Source: Gammaproteobacteria bacterium | Lineage (GTDB): Bacteria > Pseudomonadota > Gammaproteobacteria > Burkholderiales > SHXO01 | DNA length: 38,970 nucleotides | Assembly (NCBI GenBank): GCA_041487115.1 | Contig: JBGPMS010000003.1 | Span: forward strand, 1-38,970 | Direction: 5' to 3' | Part shown: positions 36,189 through 38,970 of the stretch, one piece after another | How positions within the stretch are numbered: the first letter of the stretch is position 1 | Layout: every line of letters begins with the position of its first letter | The notes under the pieces: generated by a model | The model's database searches: none | What the model saw: the letters and a program-made list of their open reading frames with translations, nothing else | What the model was told of the DNA's origin: nothing | Translations under genes and position numbers: made by a program

Positions 36189-38627
36189 ATGAGCTTGGAA
36201 ATGGAAAGGAATCAGAACCCGGCCGAACCGGGACCGGGCGCGGCCGCTGGGTCGACCGGGCAGGGTGGCGCACCGCTGCTCGCGGTCCCGGAGGAGGCGC
36301 TCGTCATCCTCCCGGTGCGCAACATGATCCTGTTCCCCGGCATGATCCTGCCGCTGAACATCGGGCGTGAGAGCTCCATCGCCGCGGCCCAGCAGGCCGT
36401 GCGCAGCGAGCGGCCGATCGGGCTCCTGCTACAGAAGGATGCGACCATCGACAACCCCGCGCCCGAGCACCTCTATCGCGTAGGCACCGTGGGGCAAGTG
36501 CTGCGCTACGTGACGACTCCCGATGGCGGACATCACCTCATCTGCCAGGGGCAGGAGCGCTTTGTCGTGCGCGAGTTCCTGCCCGGCTATCCGTTCCTGG
36601 TGGCGAACGTCGACCGCATCACCGACGGCGCGCAGCCCAGCCAGGACATCGAAGCGCGCTTCATCCAGCTCAAGAAGCGCGCGCTCGAGGCGCTGGAGCT
36701 CCTGCCACAGATGCCGCAGGAGATGGCAGCGGCGGTGCAGAACTTCACTTCCCCCGGCGGGCTGGCGGACATGGTGGTGGGCTTCATGGACCTCAAGCCC
36801 GAAGAGAAGCAGTCGGTGCTGGAGACTTTCAACGTGCAAACGCGCCTGGACAAGGTGCTGGAGCTGCTCGCCCATCGTATCGAGGTGCTCAGGATCTCCA
36901 AGGAGATCGACGAGCGCACCAAGGCCAGCGTGGACGAGCGCCAGCGCGAGTTCATGCTGCGCGAACAGATGAAGACCATCCAGAAGGAGCTGGGGGAAGG
37001 CGAGGGCGGTGAGGGCGACGCGGAGGATCTTGCCAAGGCGATCGCCGAGGCCGGCATGCCGGAGGAGGTGGAGAAGCATGCCGTGAAGGAGCTCAAGCGC
37101 CTGTCGCGCATGCCGGACTCTTCCACCGAGTACTCGATGGCGCGCACCTACCTGGACTGGCTGATCGAGCTGCCCTGGAAGCTGACGACCGAGGCGACGA
37201 TCGATCTGGCCGAGGCGCGGCGGACCCTGGACGAAGACCACTTCGGCCTCGACAAGGTCAAGAAGCGCATCCTCGAGTTCCTGGCCGTGCGCAAGCTCAA
37301 CCCGGAGGGCCACAGCCCGATCCTGTGCTTCGTCGGTCCGCCCGGCGTGGGCAAGACTTCGCTCGGGCAGAGCATCGCCAAAGCGCTCGGCCGCAAGTTC
37401 GTGCGCGTGGCCCTGGGCGGCGTGCACGACGAAGCCGAGATCCGCGGGCACCGGCGCACCTACGTGGGCGCGCTGCCGGGCAACATCATCCAGGCCATCA
37501 AGAAGGCCGGCAGCCGCGATTGCGTAATGATGCTGGACGAGATCGACAAGCTCGGTCAGGGCTTCCACGGCGACCCGTCGTCGGCGCTACTGGAGGTGCT
37601 CGACCCGGAGCAGAACTCGACCTTCCGCGATGGCTACCTCGGGGTGGCGTTCGATCTGTCGCGCGTGACCTTCATCGCCACCGCGAACATGCTCGATACG
37701 ATCCCCGGGCCGCTGCGCGATCGGATGGAAGTGATCCCGCTTCCCGGCTATACGGAAGAGGAGAAGCTGCAGATCGCGAAGAAGTACCTGGTCAAGCGCC
37801 AGCTGGAACGCAACGGCCTGACGCCGGAGAAGCTCGAGCTCGCGGACGCTGCGCTCGAGAGCATTATCCACGACTACACGCGTGAGGCCGGGGTGCGAAA
37901 CCTCGAGCGCGAGATCGGAGCTGTGGCGCGGAACGCGGCGGTCAAGATTGCCGAGGGCAACGTGGACAAGGTGCGGGTCGACCAGCCCGAGCTGCTGGAC
38001 ATCATCGGTCCACCGCGCTTCGAGAACGAGGTGGCCCAAAGGACCAGCGTCCCGGGCGTTGCTACCGGCCTGGCATGGACGCCGGTGGGCGGGGATATCC
38101 TGTTCATCGAGGCCAGCCGGACGCCAGGCCACGGCAAGCTGATCCTGACCGGCCAGCTCGGCGATGTGATGAAGGAGAGCGCGCAGGCCGCGCTCACGCT
38201 GGTCAAGTCGCGGGCCGAGAGCTTCGGTATCGACGTGAACGGGCTGGAAAAGTCCGACATCCACGTGCACGTGCCGGCCGGCGCGATCCCGAAGGATGGC
38301 CCCAGCGCGGGGGTGGCGATGTTCATGGCATTGACCTCGCTGCTGACCGACCGCGTCGTACGCAACGACACCGCCATGACCGGCGAGATCAGCCTGCGCG
38401 GGCTGGTGCTGCCGATCGGCGGGGTCAAGGAAAAAGTCCTGGCCGCCATGCGTGCGGGCATCACCACCGTGATGCTGCCCAAGCGCAACGAGAAGGACCT
38501 GCGGGATGTGCCCGAAGGGGCTCGCCAGAAGCTGCGGTTCGTCCTGTTGGAGACGGTGGACGATGCCGTGAAGGCGGCGCTCGCAGAGCGGCCGCCGGCC
38601 AAGCTGGAGGCGGTGCTGGCGGACTGA
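36189..38627 (+). CDS. lon: ATP-dependent Lon protease
   Basis: LON N-domain, GPPGVGKT, RGHRRTYVGALPG, LDEIDK, PKDGPSAG catalytic Ser, GGVKEK. Confidence 0.96.
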   Translation: MSLEMERNQNPAEPGPGAAAGSTGQGGAPLLAVPEEALVILPVRNMILFPGMILPLNIGRESSIAAAQQAVRSERPIGLLLQKDATIDNPAPEHLYRVGTVGQVLRYVTTPDGGHHLICQGQERFVVREFLPGYPFLVANVDRITDGAQPSQDIEARFIQLKKRALEALELLPQMPQEMAAAVQNFTSPGGLADMVVGFMDLKPEEKQSVLETFNVQTRLDKVLELLAHRIEVLRISKEIDERTKASVDERQREFMLREQMKTIQKELGEGEGGEGDAEDLAKAIAEAGMPEEVEKHAVKELKRLSRMPDSSTEYSMARTYLDWLIELPWKLTTEATIDLAEARRTLDEDHFGLDKVKKRILEFLAVRKLNPEGHSPILCFVGPPGVGKTSLGQSIAKALGRKFVRVALGGVHDEAEIRGHRRTYVGALPGNIIQAIKKAGSRDCVMMLDEIDKLGQGFHGDPSSALLEVLDPEQNSTFRDGYLGVAFDLSRVTFIATANMLDTIPGPLRDRMEVIPLPGYTEEEKLQIAKKYLVKRQLERNGLTPEKLELADAALESIIHDYTREAGVRNLEREIGAVARNAAVKIAEGNVDKVRVDQPELLDIIGPPRFENEVAQRTSVPGVATGLAWTPVGGDILFIEASRTPGHGKLILTGQLGDVMKESAQAALTLVKSRAESFGIDVNGLEKSDIHVHVPAGAIPKDGPSAGVAMFMALTSLLTDRVVRNDTAMTGEISLRGLVLPIGGVKEKVLAAMRAGITTVMLPKRNEKDLRDVPEGARQKLRFVLLETVDDAVKAALAERPPAKLEAVLAD

Positions 38628-38650
38628 AGCCCCGCGCCTGCTCGCGACTA

Positions 38651-38834
38651 CCCCTACCCCTACCTCTCCCAGTGGCCGGTCCCCTCCCCTTGGGGGGGCG
38701 AGGGCTAGGGTGAGGGGTGATGTCGTGTGCGTTACTGCTGCACGTCGCACTAGCGCGCAAAGTCCTTCACCCTCACCCCCACCCGGACCCTCACCCTGCC
38801 CTCTCGGACCCTCACCCTGCCCTCTCCCAGAGGG
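38651..38834. repeat. REP-like cluster downstream of lon
   Basis: CCCCTCCCCTTGGGGGGGCGAGGGCTAGGGTGAGGGG (38681-38717) and two exact 21-nt units CGGACCCTCACCCTGCCCTCT (38784-38825); last hairpin cut off at 38834. Confidence 0.85.
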
Positions 38835-38970
38835 CTGACTATTATTCACGCTGGACGCGGAGCCTTTGGGCACGAAAGTCCGTGGTTGTCACGCGTTGCA
38901 TTAATTAGGGACCGCTGGTCATAACGCGCCACATGTCCGTCAGCGCATACAGCATCTGCATGCCACGCCA
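38835..38970 (-). mobile_element. End of an IS4-family (IS50/Tn5-like) insertion sequence, runs off the window
   Basis: CTGACTATTATTCAC at 38835 resembles IS50 outside end CTGACTCTTATACAC; transposase-like C-terminus points toward it. Confidence 0.8.
38905..38970 (-). CDS. C-terminus of IS4-family transposase (partial)
   Basis: WRGMQMLYALTDMWRVMTSGP*; WRG..L pattern of the Tn5-type dimerisation domain; only 21 residues visible. Confidence 0.7.
   Translation of the reverse strand, partial: WRGMQMLYALTDMWRVMTSGP

Noticed and set aside
38651-38834. CRISPR array in the tandem C-rich repeats (also 17186-17345)
   Set aside because: Units abut without unique spacers, match a dispersed REP-like family, and no cas genes are present.

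Overview
GC-rich bacterial chromosomal segment; gene content and repeat style suggest a betaproteobacterium (inference). Left to right: (i) 1-838, gene debris (truncated MESH1-like HD hydrolase, broken MNT-HEPN toxin-antitoxin pair) ending in an orphan 3' fragment of a tRNA-Sec-like gene, probably the far end of an island integrated at selC; (ii) fdhD, benzoylformate decarboxylase, an exported amidohydrolase, hypotheticals and a DUF1800-DUF1501 pair; (iii) a visibly AT-richer 2.7-kb insert (9944-12688) bounded by an 11-bp direct repeat, encoding a PIN-like protein, a DUF3800 protein and a RAMA-domain protein, the best candidate for an undescribed defence-type system; (iv) a large Lhr helicase with a REP-like palindrome inserted in frame; (v) housekeeping/stress genes (phosphodiesterase, pcm, Nudix, PepSY, zincin, CDF, HNH, cbpA-cbpM); (vi) a 2-aminobenzoyl-CoA (abm) catabolic operon containing tryptophan 2,3-dioxygenase and a divergent kynureninase-like gene but no kynB; (vii) hsp20-lon with a sigma32-like promoter; (viii) the end of an IS50-like (IS4 family) element inserted into a REP. 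Several genes look leaderless. No CRISPR array, rRNA or intact tRNA seen. All family calls are from motif recognition by eye, not database searches.
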